Source of the DNA: Oscillospiraceae bacterium
GTDB taxonomy: Bacteria; Bacillota; Clostridia; Oscillospirales; Oscillospiraceae
Assembly: GCA_017405865.1 (NCBI GenBank)
Contig: JAFQZN010000008.1
Coordinates: 81,539-145,538 of the forward strand
Reading direction: 5' to 3'
Length of the DNA: 64,000 nucleotides
Part shown: in pieces, positions 24,809 to 34,031 of the stretch
How the letters are laid out: each line of letters starts with the position of its first letter
How positions within the stretch are numbered: position 1 is the stretch's first letter
Notes under the pieces: model-generated
Database searches by the model: none
What the model was told of the DNA's origin: nothing
The model's input: only the letters and a program-made list of their open reading frames with translations
Position numbers and translations under genes: made by a program

Positions 24809-25657
24809 TTAGTTCTCTCTGTGGATCAGCCGGTTGGCAAGAGAAATCAAAAAGTCGGGCTTGTCAAAGGAGGAAAGCGCATCAATTGCCGTTTTCGTCT
24901 CCTTCTCTACCATGCGCTCACAGGTATCCACGCCGTAAAGGCGGACGAAGGTGTTTTTCTTCTCATCCACGCCGGTCGCCTTGCCGAGTTTGTCCGCATC
25001 CCCGATGACGTCAAGGAGGTCGTCACGGATCTGGAAGGCAAGTCCCAGATGCTCGGCGTATTGCTCGGCGGCTTGCTGCTGCTCCTTCGTGCCGCCTGCG
25101 GCGATCACGCCGAGCTGACAGGCTGCGGAAATCAACGCGCCGGTCTTGCGCGACTGAATATCGTAGACCTCCTGCGCCGTGCAGAGGCGGTGCTCCGCAT
25201 CCATATCGAGGATCTGTCCGCCGACCATGCCGAGGGGGCCTGCGCAGTTGCTCAAAACGCGAACCGCCTCCACGATGCGCTCCTGCGGCAATTGCGCTGC
25301 AGCAATCTGACCGAAAGCTGCCGTCAAAAGGGCATCGCCTGCGAGGCAGGCGGTCGCTTCGCCGTAGACCTTGTGATTGGTCAGCTTGCCTCTGCGATAA
25401 TCGTCGTTATCCATACAGGGAAGATCGTCGTGAATCAGGCTGTACGTGTGTACCATTTCCATGGCTGCGGCAAACGGCAGCGCTTTCTCGCTGTCTCCGC
25501 CGCACAGGTCGCAGAACGCAAGCACGAAAACGGGACGCAGACGCTTGCCTCCGGCGAGCAGACTGTAGCGCATGGACTCGAAGAGTATCTTCTGCGGCTG
25601 CTCCTCCGTGAAGCAGCCTTGCAGATAGGCCTCGATCCGATCAAGATATTTCTGCAT
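24809..25657 (-). CDS. ispA: Farnesyl/geranyl diphosphate synthase
   Basis: GGKRLRP, HTYSLIHDDLPCMDNDDYRRG, GGQILD, AFQIRDDLLD; start could be TTG at 25663. Confidence 0.93.
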   Translation of the reverse strand: MQKYLDRIEAYLQGCFTEEQPQKILFESMRYSLLAGGKRLRPVFVLAFCDLCGGDSEKALPFAAAMEMVHTYSLIHDDLPCMDNDDYRRGKLTNHKVYGEATACLAGDALLTAAFGQIAAAQLPQERIVEAVRVLSNCAGPLGMVGGQILDMDAEHRLCTAQEVYDIQSRKTGALISAACQLGVIAAGGTKEQQQAAEQYAEHLGLAFQIRDDLLDVIGDADKLGKATGVDEKKNTFVRLYGVDTCERMVEKETKTAIDALSSFDKPDFLISLANRLIHREN

Positions 25658-25883
25658 CTTCAATAAACTCCGTTTCCTCCGGTGTGCCGTCCGCGCCCTT
25701 CGTCAGACGGGTGACCTTAAGCTCAGCCTCGTCGAGCAGCTTGGTGCAGGAAGCGACCAGCTGCGTTCCCTCTTCAAACAGCTTCAGTGCGTCCTCGAGC
25801 GGTACGTCTCCGTGTTCCATTTTCTGCACGATCTCGTTCAGCCGAGCAACGGACGCCTCAAAGCTCTGTGATTTTGCATTCAT
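25641..25883 (-). CDS. xseB: Exodeoxyribonuclease VII small subunit
   Basis: SFEASVARLNEIVQKMEHGDVPLEDALKLFEEG. Confidence 0.95.
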   Translation of the reverse strand: MNAKSQSFEASVARLNEIVQKMEHGDVPLEDALKLFEEGTQLVASCTKLLDEAELKVTRLTKGADGTPEETEFIEDAEIS

Positions 25884-27142
25884 TTCTGTACCTCCTGTAC
25901 CTCCGTGATTGCCGCGCCGTCCGCGAAATGCACGGTGATTCGTTCGCCGACGGAAACTGCGTCGACGGATTTGATGAGTTTTCCCTGACCGTCCGTCGCC
26001 ATACCGTAGCCGCGCGACAGGACTTTGAGCGGACTCATGGCGTCGAGCTTTGCCGTCAGACGGACAAACTGCTCGCGTTTCCGGTTTAACAGCTGTGCAG
26101 ACAGGGCGTACAGCTGCTGATACGTTTGAAAGCGCTCACGCTTTTGCTTCACCAGCAGCACGGACGCATTGCACAGCCTTGCTTGCGTATGATCCAGCAG
26201 CAATCTGCGGTCGTTGATATAATTGTGCGGACTGCGCAGCGACCTCGCAGCGGCCAGTGCGTCCACGCGCTGCCGCTCCTGCTTCAGCCGTTTCTGCATC
26301 AGCGTCAGCAGCAACATGCTGCTTGCCTGCAGAGCCTTCCGCAGCTCTGCCTGATCGGGAACGGCAAGCTCGGCCGCGTTGGACGGCGTCGCAGCGCGCA
26401 GGTCTGCAACAAAATCCGAGATCGTCACGTCCGGCTCGTGTCCGACGGCGGAGATCACGGGAATGTCAGAGTCGGCGATCGCATAGGCGACACGTTCGTC
26501 GTTGAACGCCCAAAGATCCTCGATTGAGCCGCCGCCGCGCCCCGTGATGATCAGATCCGCGACCCGAAACCGGTTTGCGTATCGGATCGCGGCAGCAATC
26601 TCGGCAGGAGCTTCCTCGCCCTGCACCCGCACGGCAAGCAGCTTCACCTCGGTCAGCGGATAACGCTTGCGCAGGATGCGCAGCATGTCGCGCAGGGCTG
26701 CGCCGGCCGATGAGGTGACGATCGCAATCCGGTGCGGATATTGGGGAAGCGGCTTCTTTCTGTCGAGTGAAAACAGCCCCTGCGCCTGTAATTTTTCCTT
26801 CAACTGCTCAAACGCAGCATGCAGGTCACCGACCCCGTCCGGCGTCATCGTCTCGCAGTAGAGCTGATATACGCCGTCTCGCGGATATACCGCGACCCGA
26901 CCGAAAGCAATCACCTTCATGCCGTCCTTCGGCTTGAAGCGCAGGCGGAAAGCACTGCCCTTGAACATCACGCAGCGCATGGCGCCGTTCGCGTCCTTCA
27001 GGGAAAAGTAATGGTGTCCCGACGGGTAGAGCTTGTAGTTGCTGATCTCGCCGCGAATGAAAATAGCGGACAAGAATTCGTCGTCCTCAAAGCGCAGCTT
27101 GAGATATTCGTTCACCTGCGATACTTCATAGACCTGCTGCAT
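25880..27142 (-). CDS. xseA: Exodeoxyribonuclease VII large subunit
   Basis: GEISNY..SGHHYFSLKD, RGGGSIEDLWAFNDE, SAVGHEPD, TPSNAAE. Confidence 0.97.
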   Translation of the reverse strand: MQQVYEVSQVNEYLKLRFEDDEFLSAIFIRGEISNYKLYPSGHHYFSLKDANGAMRCVMFKGSAFRLRFKPKDGMKVIAFGRVAVYPRDGVYQLYCETMTPDGVGDLHAAFEQLKEKLQAQGLFSLDRKKPLPQYPHRIAIVTSSAGAALRDMLRILRKRYPLTEVKLLAVRVQGEEAPAEIAAAIRYANRFRVADLIITGRGGGSIEDLWAFNDERVAYAIADSDIPVISAVGHEPDVTISDFVADLRAATPSNAAELAVPDQAELRKALQASSMLLLTLMQKRLKQERQRVDALAAARSLRSPHNYINDRRLLLDHTQARLCNASVLLVKQKRERFQTYQQLYALSAQLLNRKREQFVRLTAKLDAMSPLKVLSRGYGMATDGQGKLIKSVDAVSVGERITVHFADGAAITEVQEVQK

Positions 27143-28052
27143 GATGCATCCTCCATGTCAGAACCGCCGTACCCAGCGCGTTATCCGTCGCATACTGCGG
27201 CGGGCAGAAGATGGCAGGAAGCTCCGCGCAGCCCTCCCGCAGCATCGTGTTGGAAGCGACGCCTCCGGCGAAGACTACGGGACAGTTCGGGTAAGCCTTC
27301 AGCGCGTTTCGGGTCGCTGTGACGATAGCCGCGATCAGGCAGCGCATGGCATAGCCGGCCGTTTCCGCAGCGTTGCCGCTATGGTAAGCCTGCACCTTGT
27401 TCTCTACGCCGGAGAGCGAAAAGCTCGTCCCATCCACCTTTACACGGAAAAAGGAAGGATCGGCCGCGTCCCTGCTCAACGCGTCGATCTGCTTGCCGGC
27501 CGGAAACGAAAGGCCGAGGAGCTTTCCCGTGCGATCGATCAGCTGACCGGCGGAAATGTCCGTCGTGCCGCCGATTTTCTCTGCATGAACGCTCACGCCT
27601 TCCGGCGTCACGAACAAAAGCTCTGTCGTACCGCCGGACAGGTGCCAAGCAAGATGCGGCTTGTCCATCAGCTCCATGTGATCCGACGACCACAAAGAGG
27701 CGGCGATATGCCCCTGCTGATGGGAAAATTCATAGACGGGTACAGAGAGTGCCGAGCCAAGGACCTTCGCTTGTGAATGACCCGCCAAAAAGCACGGCAT
27801 ATAGGAGCCTTCTACCGCTCTGGGTCGGGTGCTGACGCCGATCGCGTCGATTTTTACCGCTCCAATATCCGAAAACAGCCTGTCGGTCAATTCCGGCAGG
27901 CGTTTTACGTGCGCAAAGAGCGCGTCGCTCTGGCGCAGACCGAGAACCCCCGGCGCCACGTCCAGCAGACGCGAAATATTGTGCGCCTCCGCGCCGTCAA
28001 AGGCGGCGACGGAGGTCGTATAGTTGCTGGTGTCAAAGGCAAGAACGGTCAA
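27126..28052 (-). CDS. Kae1/TsaD-like ASKHA protein (paralogue, function unknown)
   Basis: LAFDTSNYTTS, HVKRLP, HQQGH, LSGGTT, DISAGQLIDR, GGVASN, TDNA. Confidence 0.8.
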   Translation of the reverse strand: MTVLAFDTSNYTTSVAAFDGAEAHNISRLLDVAPGVLGLRQSDALFAHVKRLPELTDRLFSDIGAVKIDAIGVSTRPRAVEGSYMPCFLAGHSQAKVLGSALSVPVYEFSHQQGHIAASLWSSDHMELMDKPHLAWHLSGGTTELLFVTPEGVSVHAEKIGGTTDISAGQLIDRTGKLLGLSFPAGKQIDALSRDAADPSFFRVKVDGTSFSLSGVENKVQAYHSGNAAETAGYAMRCLIAAIVTATRNALKAYPNCPVVFAGGVASNTMLREGCAELPAIFCPPQYATDNALGTAVLTWRMHHAAGL

Positions 28053-28504
28053 TCTTCCTTCTCCTTCCTGCCGCGCGCGAAGGAGCCGAGAATGCCGTTG
28101 ACGAATGAAACGGTCTCCTCATCCTCATACTTACGCGTCAGTTCTACGCATTCGTTGATGGCAACGCCGGTCGGCACGTCGTCCACGTAAAGGATCTCAA
28201 AGATCGCCAGCCGCAGCGCTGCTTTAGTAAAATGCGAAATACGGTGCAGATTCCAGCCGATCGCATACTGCGAGATCAGGCCGTCCAGCTCTTCCGTCCG
28301 TTCCGCCACACCGAGGACGCAGGCGCGGATATAGTCCATCTGCTTTTTGTTGGGACGCTCCGCGTAGACCTCGTTCTCCTGCGCAAGATCGTCGTAATAG
28401 CCGCGCTCCATGCGCGCCTCAATCGCCTGTGCGGGGGTCAGGTCGGTATAGTCAAGCTCGTAGATCAGATGAGCGGCAAGCTCTCTGGCATTGGATCGTG
28501 TCAT
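28049..28504 (-). CDS. nusB: Transcription antitermination factor NusB
   Basis: TRSNARELA, ALRLAIFEI, VAINECVELTRKY, FVNGILG. Confidence 0.95.
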   Translation of the reverse strand: MTRSNARELAAHLIYELDYTDLTPAQAIEARMERGYYDDLAQENEVYAERPNKKQMDYIRACVLGVAERTEELDGLISQYAIGWNLHRISHFTKAALRLAIFEILYVDDVPTGVAINECVELTRKYEDEETVSFVNGILGSFARGRKEKED

Positions 28505-28554
28505 CGGGAATCTCCTTTATGTACGGTTCTTTCGTGCCGGAGCAGGAAGCTCGC

Positions 28555-28935
28555 TTATTTAACGGGCGTTTTCGGCAAGGCGACGCCGCAGACGTTTACG
28601 TTGACGCGGGCGGGACGGATGCCGGTCATGGAGGCAACCTCGTTGGAAATGGCTTCCTGCACGTTCTGGGCGACGGTCATGACTGCAGAACCCATCTTGA
28701 CGATCAGGTTGCAGGCAATGGAGATGTCCTCGCCGTTGAGCGCGACACGGATGCCCTTGCGCAGATTCTTCTTGCCGAGGACGGTGGAAATATCAAAATT
28801 GGACGTGCTGCTCAAGCCGTAGACGCCTTCGACCTCGCGAACCGCCAGTGCGGCGATGGAGGCAATGACCTCCTCGGAGATCAGAATGCTGCCGTTTTCC
28901 TGTGTCTGTACGATGTATTCTTTATTATCAGCCAT
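28555..28935 (-). CDS. Asp23/Gls24 family protein
   Basis: ISEEVIASIAALAVREVEGV, KGIRV, VAQNVQEAI, VNVNV; standard position before nusB. Confidence 0.92.
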   Translation of the reverse strand: MADNKEYIVQTQENGSILISEEVIASIAALAVREVEGVYGLSSTSNFDISTVLGKKNLRKGIRVALNGEDISIACNLIVKMGSAVMTVAQNVQEAISNEVASMTGIRPARVNVNVCGVALPKTPVK

Positions 28936-29019
28936 GGTTATCGTTCCTTTCTGTGTGCGCGGTCAAAGTAGCGCTTATATTCTTATATATTCTACCACAT
29001 TTTGTGAAAAAAACAATAC

Positions 29020-29571
29020 CTAATCTACGCCGATCACACGAATATCGGAAAGAGAAAGATCCGTCTGTCCCATGACGATGTCGGCAAGCAGGGAGACGTC
29101 CGACTGCGTCAGGCCTTCGGAAGGCGCGGCGACGGCAAGTGAGATCCCATCGTCCGAGATATAGGCCACGCAGTCCTGATACCCCTTCGCAATCACGAGG
29201 CTTTCGATCTCAGATTCCGCCAAAGCGTCGGCGATGATTCCCTCGAGCTTGCGGCTCGTTTCGGAGGTGTCCTCCCCTTCTGCATAGGAGATCGTCTCCT
29301 GCAGGAGCATGATCGCGTCGTCACGGGCGGTTTGCCGGGAAAGGCGCATCTGCGCGAAGTATTCATCCGTGCTGTCCTGACGGCTGACCGGCGTTGCCTG
29401 CGGCATCGGCGCGTTGTTCATGACCAGCGTTGCTTCGCCCAGGATCTTGTCGGCGTCCAGGCTTTTCGTCAGCTCCGGCGCCGCACTCCCGTAAAGCCAG
29501 TTCAGGTAGATCCCGGCGCAGATAAGCACCAGAACACCGGCGATCACTGCATTTCGTTTCCAAGTTTTCAT
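29020..29571 (-). CDS. spoIIIAH: Stage III sporulation protein AH
   Basis: KRNAVI..IYLNW, YFAQMRLSR, IESLVIAKGY.D; last gene of the spoIIIA operon. Confidence 0.9.
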   Translation of the reverse strand: MKTWKRNAVIAGVLVLICAGIYLNWLYGSAAPELTKSLDADKILGEATLVMNNAPMPQATPVSRQDSTDEYFAQMRLSRQTARDDAIMLLQETISYAEGEDTSETSRKLEGIIADALAESEIESLVIAKGYQDCVAYISDDGISLAVAAPSEGLTQSDVSLLADIVMGQTDLSLSDIRVIGVD

Positions 29572-29584
29572 CGTGTTTCCTCCA

Positions 29585-30118
29585 TCATTTTAATTTGACA
29601 ACCGTGATTTGGCTGCTGTTCAAACCGGTCAGCGCCGCAACCGCACGGATCAGGTCGAGACGTACCGACGGCTGATCTGCCCCCTCGCTGACGATCAGCG
29701 CCCCCTGAAACTGCGGATACCGCACTGCGGATACTGCTGCTTTATCATATGCGCTCCCCTCGGACAAAATCACCGTTTTCCGCTCCTCACTGCTGCGCTT
29801 CTCATTGTCGTTTACGTCTTCGGACGTCTGCGTATCCGTCTGATACTCCGTTCGACTGCCGACTTGAAGCGTCAGCATGACCTGCACTGCGCCGGCTCCC
29901 TTGACCTGTGACAGGAGCGCAGTGAGCCTTTCCTCCAGAGCTGCGACATAGTCATCGTCGGAGCGTACTTCGGCAGACTGCGCCTGTTCTGCCTTTTTCT
30001 CGGTTTTCCCGATCGGCAGGAGCAGGATCGCAATCCCGATCACAAAGACCAAGGCGGCATATTTATATTTTTTCAGCAGCGCGATCGCCTTTTGCGGAAG
30101 CTCGTTCAGTTTAGCCAT
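29585..30118 (-). CDS. spoIIIAG: Stage III sporulation protein AG
   Basis: LEERL..LLSQVKGAG.VQVMLT, QGALIVSEGA. Confidence 0.88.
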   Translation of the reverse strand: MAKLNELPQKAIALLKKYKYAALVFVIGIAILLLPIGKTEKKAEQAQSAEVRSDDDYVAALEERLTALLSQVKGAGAVQVMLTLQVGSRTEYQTDTQTSEDVNDNEKRSSEERKTVILSEGSAYDKAAVSAVRYPQFQGALIVSEGADQPSVRLDLIRAVAALTGLNSSQITVVKLK

Positions 30119-30590
30119 ATAACCTCCATTCCTGCCGGTCTGCAGGGATATTCAGCGCAGCTTCGATATATGCGCTGACCGTTTGAAGCTGTTCTGGCGT
30201 CAACGTACCGATGAGCTTCACGCTGACCGGTACGGGATATTCCCCGTCTGAAAGCGTGATTTCAGCCTGCAGCAGTCCCCCAAGCGCCTTTGCTTCGTTT
30301 TCGATGTACTTCTCGGCAGTCTCCTTGACCTGCTGCCGCAGCAGCTCGTCCTGCGTCGTTCTGATGCTTCCCGTATCGAGGGCGTACCCGGCGTCGATTT
30401 CCTCTAGATAGGAGCTGATTTTGCCCATATCAAGCGAAAGCAGCGGCCGTATTGCCACTAGAAGCACGAGAACGCCGCCGATCAGGCGGACGATCCGTTT
30501 GAGCGAGGTTTTTTGGATCATTCCATTTGCGACGACGGTGATCATGCACACGGCAACGACAGAGAGCAGATAGCTTCGCACGGCTTCCAT
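30111..30590 (-). CDS. spoIIIAF: Stage III sporulation protein AF
   Basis: Two TM helices, KRIVRLIGG..LLVAIRPL; operon position. Confidence 0.75.
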   Translation of the reverse strand: MEAVRSYLLSVVAVCMITVVANGMIQKTSLKRIVRLIGGVLVLLVAIRPLLSLDMGKISSYLEEIDAGYALDTGSIRTTQDELLRQQVKETAEKYIENEAKALGGLLQAEITLSDGEYPVPVSVKLIGTLTPEQLQTVSAYIEAALNIPADRQEWRLYG

Positions 30591-31666
30591 TATACGACCA
30601 CCTTGAGAAAGCATACGCCGGAAATGAGCAGGAGCAGACTGCAGGTTCCGCACATGGCAAGCAGATACCCCATTGCGGCAGAGAAATTCTTCAGCAGCGT
30701 AACGTGCGGCTTCAGACCGACCGTGCCGCTGATTGCGGCGGTCACCTTCAGCAGAAGGTACTGGACACCGATTTTGAGAAACGGCAAAATGCAGATCGCA
30801 AGAACGGCGATCATGCCGAACACGCCGATCGAGTTTTTAATAATCGATGCGCTTGCAAGAATCGTTTCCGAGGCGTCAGAAATCATGCCGCCGACCACAG
30901 GTACCATGCCGGACATGGCAGCCTTGGTTGTTTTGACTGCGATGGCGTCCGCTGCGCCGCCGATCACGCCGGTGAGAGACAAAAAGGCAAGAAAGACGTA
31001 GAGCATAATCCGCAGGCTTTTGGAGATCAGCCATCCAATGAACTCCCGCAGCTCTTTCAGTGCGTCCGAGGACAGCGCCGCCTCCGCCGTCGCGACAGCA
31101 AGAAAAAAGAAGACGCCGGGAATCAGGAGCTTGGAGATCAGCTGCAGCAGCAGCTCCGAGAAAAGAAGCGTCCCTGTATGCAGCGCCGCCGCTGCGGTCA
31201 TTCCTCCGCTCATTGCAGCTGCTGTGGCAAGAACGGGCAGCAGGCAGGCGCTGTAGTCAGAGAGCGTTTGGATCGTATTCTGCGACATCGTCACCATGGC
31301 GTTGAATTCGCCGACAAAAGCGGCGCAAATCCCCAGAGCGCCGGCAGCGCTGACAGCACCGCCGAATTTATTCACCGACGACATATCCGCAACGGCGCAG
31401 AGCGTCAAAAGCCCGATCAGGATCGCGCAAAGGCGCAGGCCGCTCTGCAGGCTGCCGTTCGTTTTTGCAAGCGCGCGCAGCAGCAAGTTCTTCGTACCGC
31501 TCCAGAAATCCGGCATATCGTCCAACGTGATCTCCGGCATGAGTTCATAGGCCTCTTCAGGAAGCGCCTGCTCAAGTATATCCGTGTCGACGCCGATCTC
31601 CTCGGCTGCGCACACCGGAAGCGCAAGAAACAGCAGCATGCACAGAAGCAGTAATACCCGTTTCAC
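30590..31666 (-). CDS. spoIIIAE: Stage III sporulation protein AE
   Basis: Polytopic; VPVVGGMISDASETI..IIKNSIGVFG; GTG start. Confidence 0.9.
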   Translation of the reverse strand: MKRVLLLLCMLLFLALPVCAAEEIGVDTDILEQALPEEAYELMPEITLDDMPDFWSGTKNLLLRALAKTNGSLQSGLRLCAILIGLLTLCAVADMSSVNKFGGAVSAAGALGICAAFVGEFNAMVTMSQNTIQTLSDYSACLLPVLATAAAMSGGMTAAAALHTGTLLFSELLLQLISKLLIPGVFFFLAVATAEAALSSDALKELREFIGWLISKSLRIMLYVFLAFLSLTGVIGGAADAIAVKTTKAAMSGMVPVVGGMISDASETILASASIIKNSIGVFGMIAVLAICILPFLKIGVQYLLLKVTAAISGTVGLKPHVTLLKNFSAAMGYLLAMCGTCSLLLLISGVCFLKVVV

Positions 31667-31667
31667 G

Positions 31668-32060
31668 TTATCCTCCCGACATCGTATCGATCAGTGAAAG
31701 CACCGCCTCCAGCAGAGGAAGCGAAACGTAGAGCGCAAGGACGCCGCCGCAGACCTCGATCAGCTTTGCGATCGCATTCTCCCCTGCGTCGGCGCAAACC
31801 GTTGCGCCGATTTGCGTAATGAAACCGATGCCGATGGTTTTGAGGATCGGCTCGGTCAGGGTCTTATCCAATCCCGCGATATTGCGCAGCTTTGCCAGAA
31901 ATTCAACGACAGGCGCCGCAAGCTGAACGAGCAGCAAGCCGATCAGCACACAGGCGGCAAGGGTCAGCAGAATTCCCAGCTCCTGACTGTTTTTTCGCAG
32001 CATCGCAGTCAGCAAAACCGTGACGACACCGATCACGCTTGCCTGCAACAGCCCCTGCAT
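31668..32060 (-). CDS. spoIIIAD: Stage III sporulation protein AD
   Basis: ILKTIGIGFITQIGATVCADAGENAIA; ATG overlaps the spoIIIAC stop. Confidence 0.9.
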   Translation of the reverse strand: MQGLLQASVIGVVTVLLTAMLRKNSQELGILLTLAACVLIGLLLVQLAAPVVEFLAKLRNIAGLDKTLTEPILKTIGIGFITQIGATVCADAGENAIAKLIEVCGGVLALYVSLPLLEAVLSLIDTMSGG

Positions 32061-32254
32061 CAGAAATGAAACAGCCCCTTCACCAGCTCGAAGAGGTCTG
32101 CGACCTTTTGCACGACGATGATCAGCACGACGACCAGCCCCGCAAGCGTCGTCATGGTTGCCTGCTCCTCTCTGCCGGAACGGACGAGCACTTGATTCAG
32201 GATCGAAACGATAATGCCGACTGCGGCGATTTTGAAGATCAGATCGATGTCCAT
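32060..32254 (-). CDS. spoIIIAC: Stage III sporulation protein AC
   Basis: MDIDLIFKIAAVGIIVSILNQVLVRSGREEQA. Confidence 0.97.
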   Translation of the reverse strand: MDIDLIFKIAAVGIIVSILNQVLVRSGREEQATMTTLAGLVVVLIIVVQKVADLFELVKGLFHF

Positions 32255-32257
32255 GCA

Positions 32258-32764
32258 TTACACCAGCAGTATCGCGATTCCCGCACCGGTGCAGACGCCA
32301 AGCAAGGCATAGCCCTTCGCTATCGGGCGCTTTTCTGCCTCTCCTCGCTCCAAAGCCGCCTTGAGCCGCTGCTGCGTCAGCGTCAATAAGCGATCCTCTC
32401 CGGCAATATCATATCGTCCGAGGGTCCCGAACAGCTCAAGAACAGCCATGCTTGCATCCGGCGGCAGTGTGCAATTAATCCTCTCGAGGGCGTTTCGCGC
32501 CGCAGCGCTCCTGCTTGCGCCTCTGTCCAGAAGGTCGGCATATTGTCTTAAGAAATCAGATGGAATCCGATCGGAGCGTTCTGCGGTAATACGGCAGAGC
32601 TTCGGCAGCGGGAAAAGCGTGTACGTCAGCTCACATTTCAGGATTTCCAGCATTTGCAGAAACGAACGCAGCTGACGCTGCTGTCGGTAAAACCGGGCCG
32701 TCATCCCGATCCCGAAGCTGCCCGCGCCTGCGACGATCATGATCGCGCCGATCCAACGAATCAT
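32258..32764 (-). CDS. spoIIIAB: Stage III sporulation protein AB
   Basis: MIRWIGAIMIVAG, LKCELTY..PL, LGRYD, LGVCTGAGIAILLV. Confidence 0.85.
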   Translation of the reverse strand: MIRWIGAIMIVAGAGSFGIGMTARFYRQQRQLRSFLQMLEILKCELTYTLFPLPKLCRITAERSDRIPSDFLRQYADLLDRGASRSAAARNALERINCTLPPDASMAVLELFGTLGRYDIAGEDRLLTLTQQRLKAALERGEAEKRPIAKGYALLGVCTGAGIAILLV

Positions 32765-33627
32765 ATTGACATCCTTTCCGTGATGATAGTCCGATCCCTG
32801 CGGATCGTCACGAGGTTTTGAAACAGTCCGCAGGCTATCAGAGTCCTGTAAAGCTCGCGCTGACCAAGCTCTGCGCGGCTGCCGGCGTGTGCCGTTGCGA
32901 TGAAATTCACGCCGCAGTAGGATGCGCGCACCATGGCTTCGACGTCTGCGGCCGCCGTGATCTCGTCCACGGCGATCCATTCGGGATTCATCGTGCGCAG
33001 CAGGAATTCAACTGCGGTCTCCTTTTTGACGCCCGAGAGCACGTCCGTATGCGTTCCGAGATCAAACTGCGGTCTGCCGTTAAAGCAGGCGCCGATCTCC
33101 ATTCGCTCGTCGGCAACGCCGATCCGGAACGAGAAGCGGTCGGACAGCTGGCGGATCAGATCGCGCAGCAGTGTCGTCTTTCCGACGCCCGGCGCGCCGA
33201 TGATCAGCGTCGAATCCGGATGCAGCCAAAGCGCGTCCGCAGGCTTCGATGCGATGCCTCTGATCTGCCGCGCAACGCGGAGATTTATAGAAGAAAGCTC
33301 TTGAAATCCGGTTATCTGATCGCCCGGACAGACAGCGATCCCACAGACGCCGAGCCGGTGTCCGCCGCTTACGGTGACAAAGCCGTTTTTGAGCATGTTT
33401 TGTGCAGAGAAAAAAGCATGTCCGGTCGCTTTTGCGATCGTTTCATCCAGCCATTTTGCAGTAACGTACAGGTCATTCAGCTCGCGCTCTTTTCCATTTA
33501 CGCTAACCGCTGCTGCCTGTCCGCAGCGCAGGCGGATCTCTTCAATCTTTGCAGCATACGGCAGGTGCAGGACGGCCTCCTGTACCTCCGGCGGACAGAT
33601 TCGCACCGCTTGCCTGATTTCATCCAT
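32761..33627 (-). CDS. spoIIIAA: Stage III sporulation protein AA (ATPase)
   Basis: EEIRLR, GGHRLGVCG, SINLRVAR, GAPGVGKTTLLRD, DERMEI, RTMNPEWIAVDEI, ATAH. Confidence 0.93.
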   Translation of the reverse strand: MDEIRQAVRICPPEVQEAVLHLPYAAKIEEIRLRCGQAAAVSVNGKERELNDLYVTAKWLDETIAKATGHAFFSAQNMLKNGFVTVSGGHRLGVCGIAVCPGDQITGFQELSSINLRVARQIRGIASKPADALWLHPDSTLIIGAPGVGKTTLLRDLIRQLSDRFSFRIGVADERMEIGACFNGRPQFDLGTHTDVLSGVKKETAVEFLLRTMNPEWIAVDEITAAADVEAMVRASYCGVNFIATAHAGSRAELGQRELYRTLIACGLFQNLVTIRRDRTIITERMSI

Positions 33628-33680
33628 TGCGCTCTCACTCCTGCATTACTCTATGCGGACAAGGTCTGTAGAAGAACAAA

Positions 33681-34021
33681 AAAAGAGCGCTGCCGAAGCA
33701 GCACTCTTTCCAGACTGTCAAAAAAGCCCGGAACCGTCGAAATAGAGTATCGTATTTCACCGCGCCCGTCATTGCGAGGTTTGCGGAGCAAACCGTGGTT
33801 GCGGCGTACCCCCCTTGCTGGTGCAAGCTGTCCCTATAGGCTTTGAAAAAGGTAGAGGATATAGATTATTTCGACTTACTGCGCAACTCACGACCTATCG
33901 TACCTATGTACGCCTACGGTCGTGAGTTGCTTGTCTTCCGAGCTTTTTGACAGCCTGCCAGCGTGTCGAAAAAAGGTATTTCGACACGCTGAAAAGAGTG
34001 CTGCCGAAGCAGCACTCTTTC
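33681..34021. repeat. 30-bp direct repeat of a terminator hairpin (33681-33710 and 33992-34021) flanking an insertion
   Basis: AAAAGAG(C/T)GCTGCCGAAGCAGCACTCTTTC occurs twice with 1 mismatch. Confidence 0.9.
33711..33991. mobile_element. Non-autonomous MITE-like composite element, no transposase
   Basis: Imperfect terminal IR CAGACTGTCAAAAAAGCCCGGAA / TTCCGAGCTTTTTGACAGCCTG (33711-33957); internal 13-bp hairpin 33883-33930; REP-like GTCATTGCGAGG..CGTGG at 33768-33798; separate 13-bp IR CAGCGTGTCGAAA/TTTCGACACGCTG at 33959-33991. Confidence 0.65.
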
Positions 34022-34031
34022 GCTGAAAGGA

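Noticed and set aside
33748-33846. Small ORFs across the MITE-like element (33635-33826; tail of 32818-33846)
   Set aside because: No transposase or other motif and no RBS.
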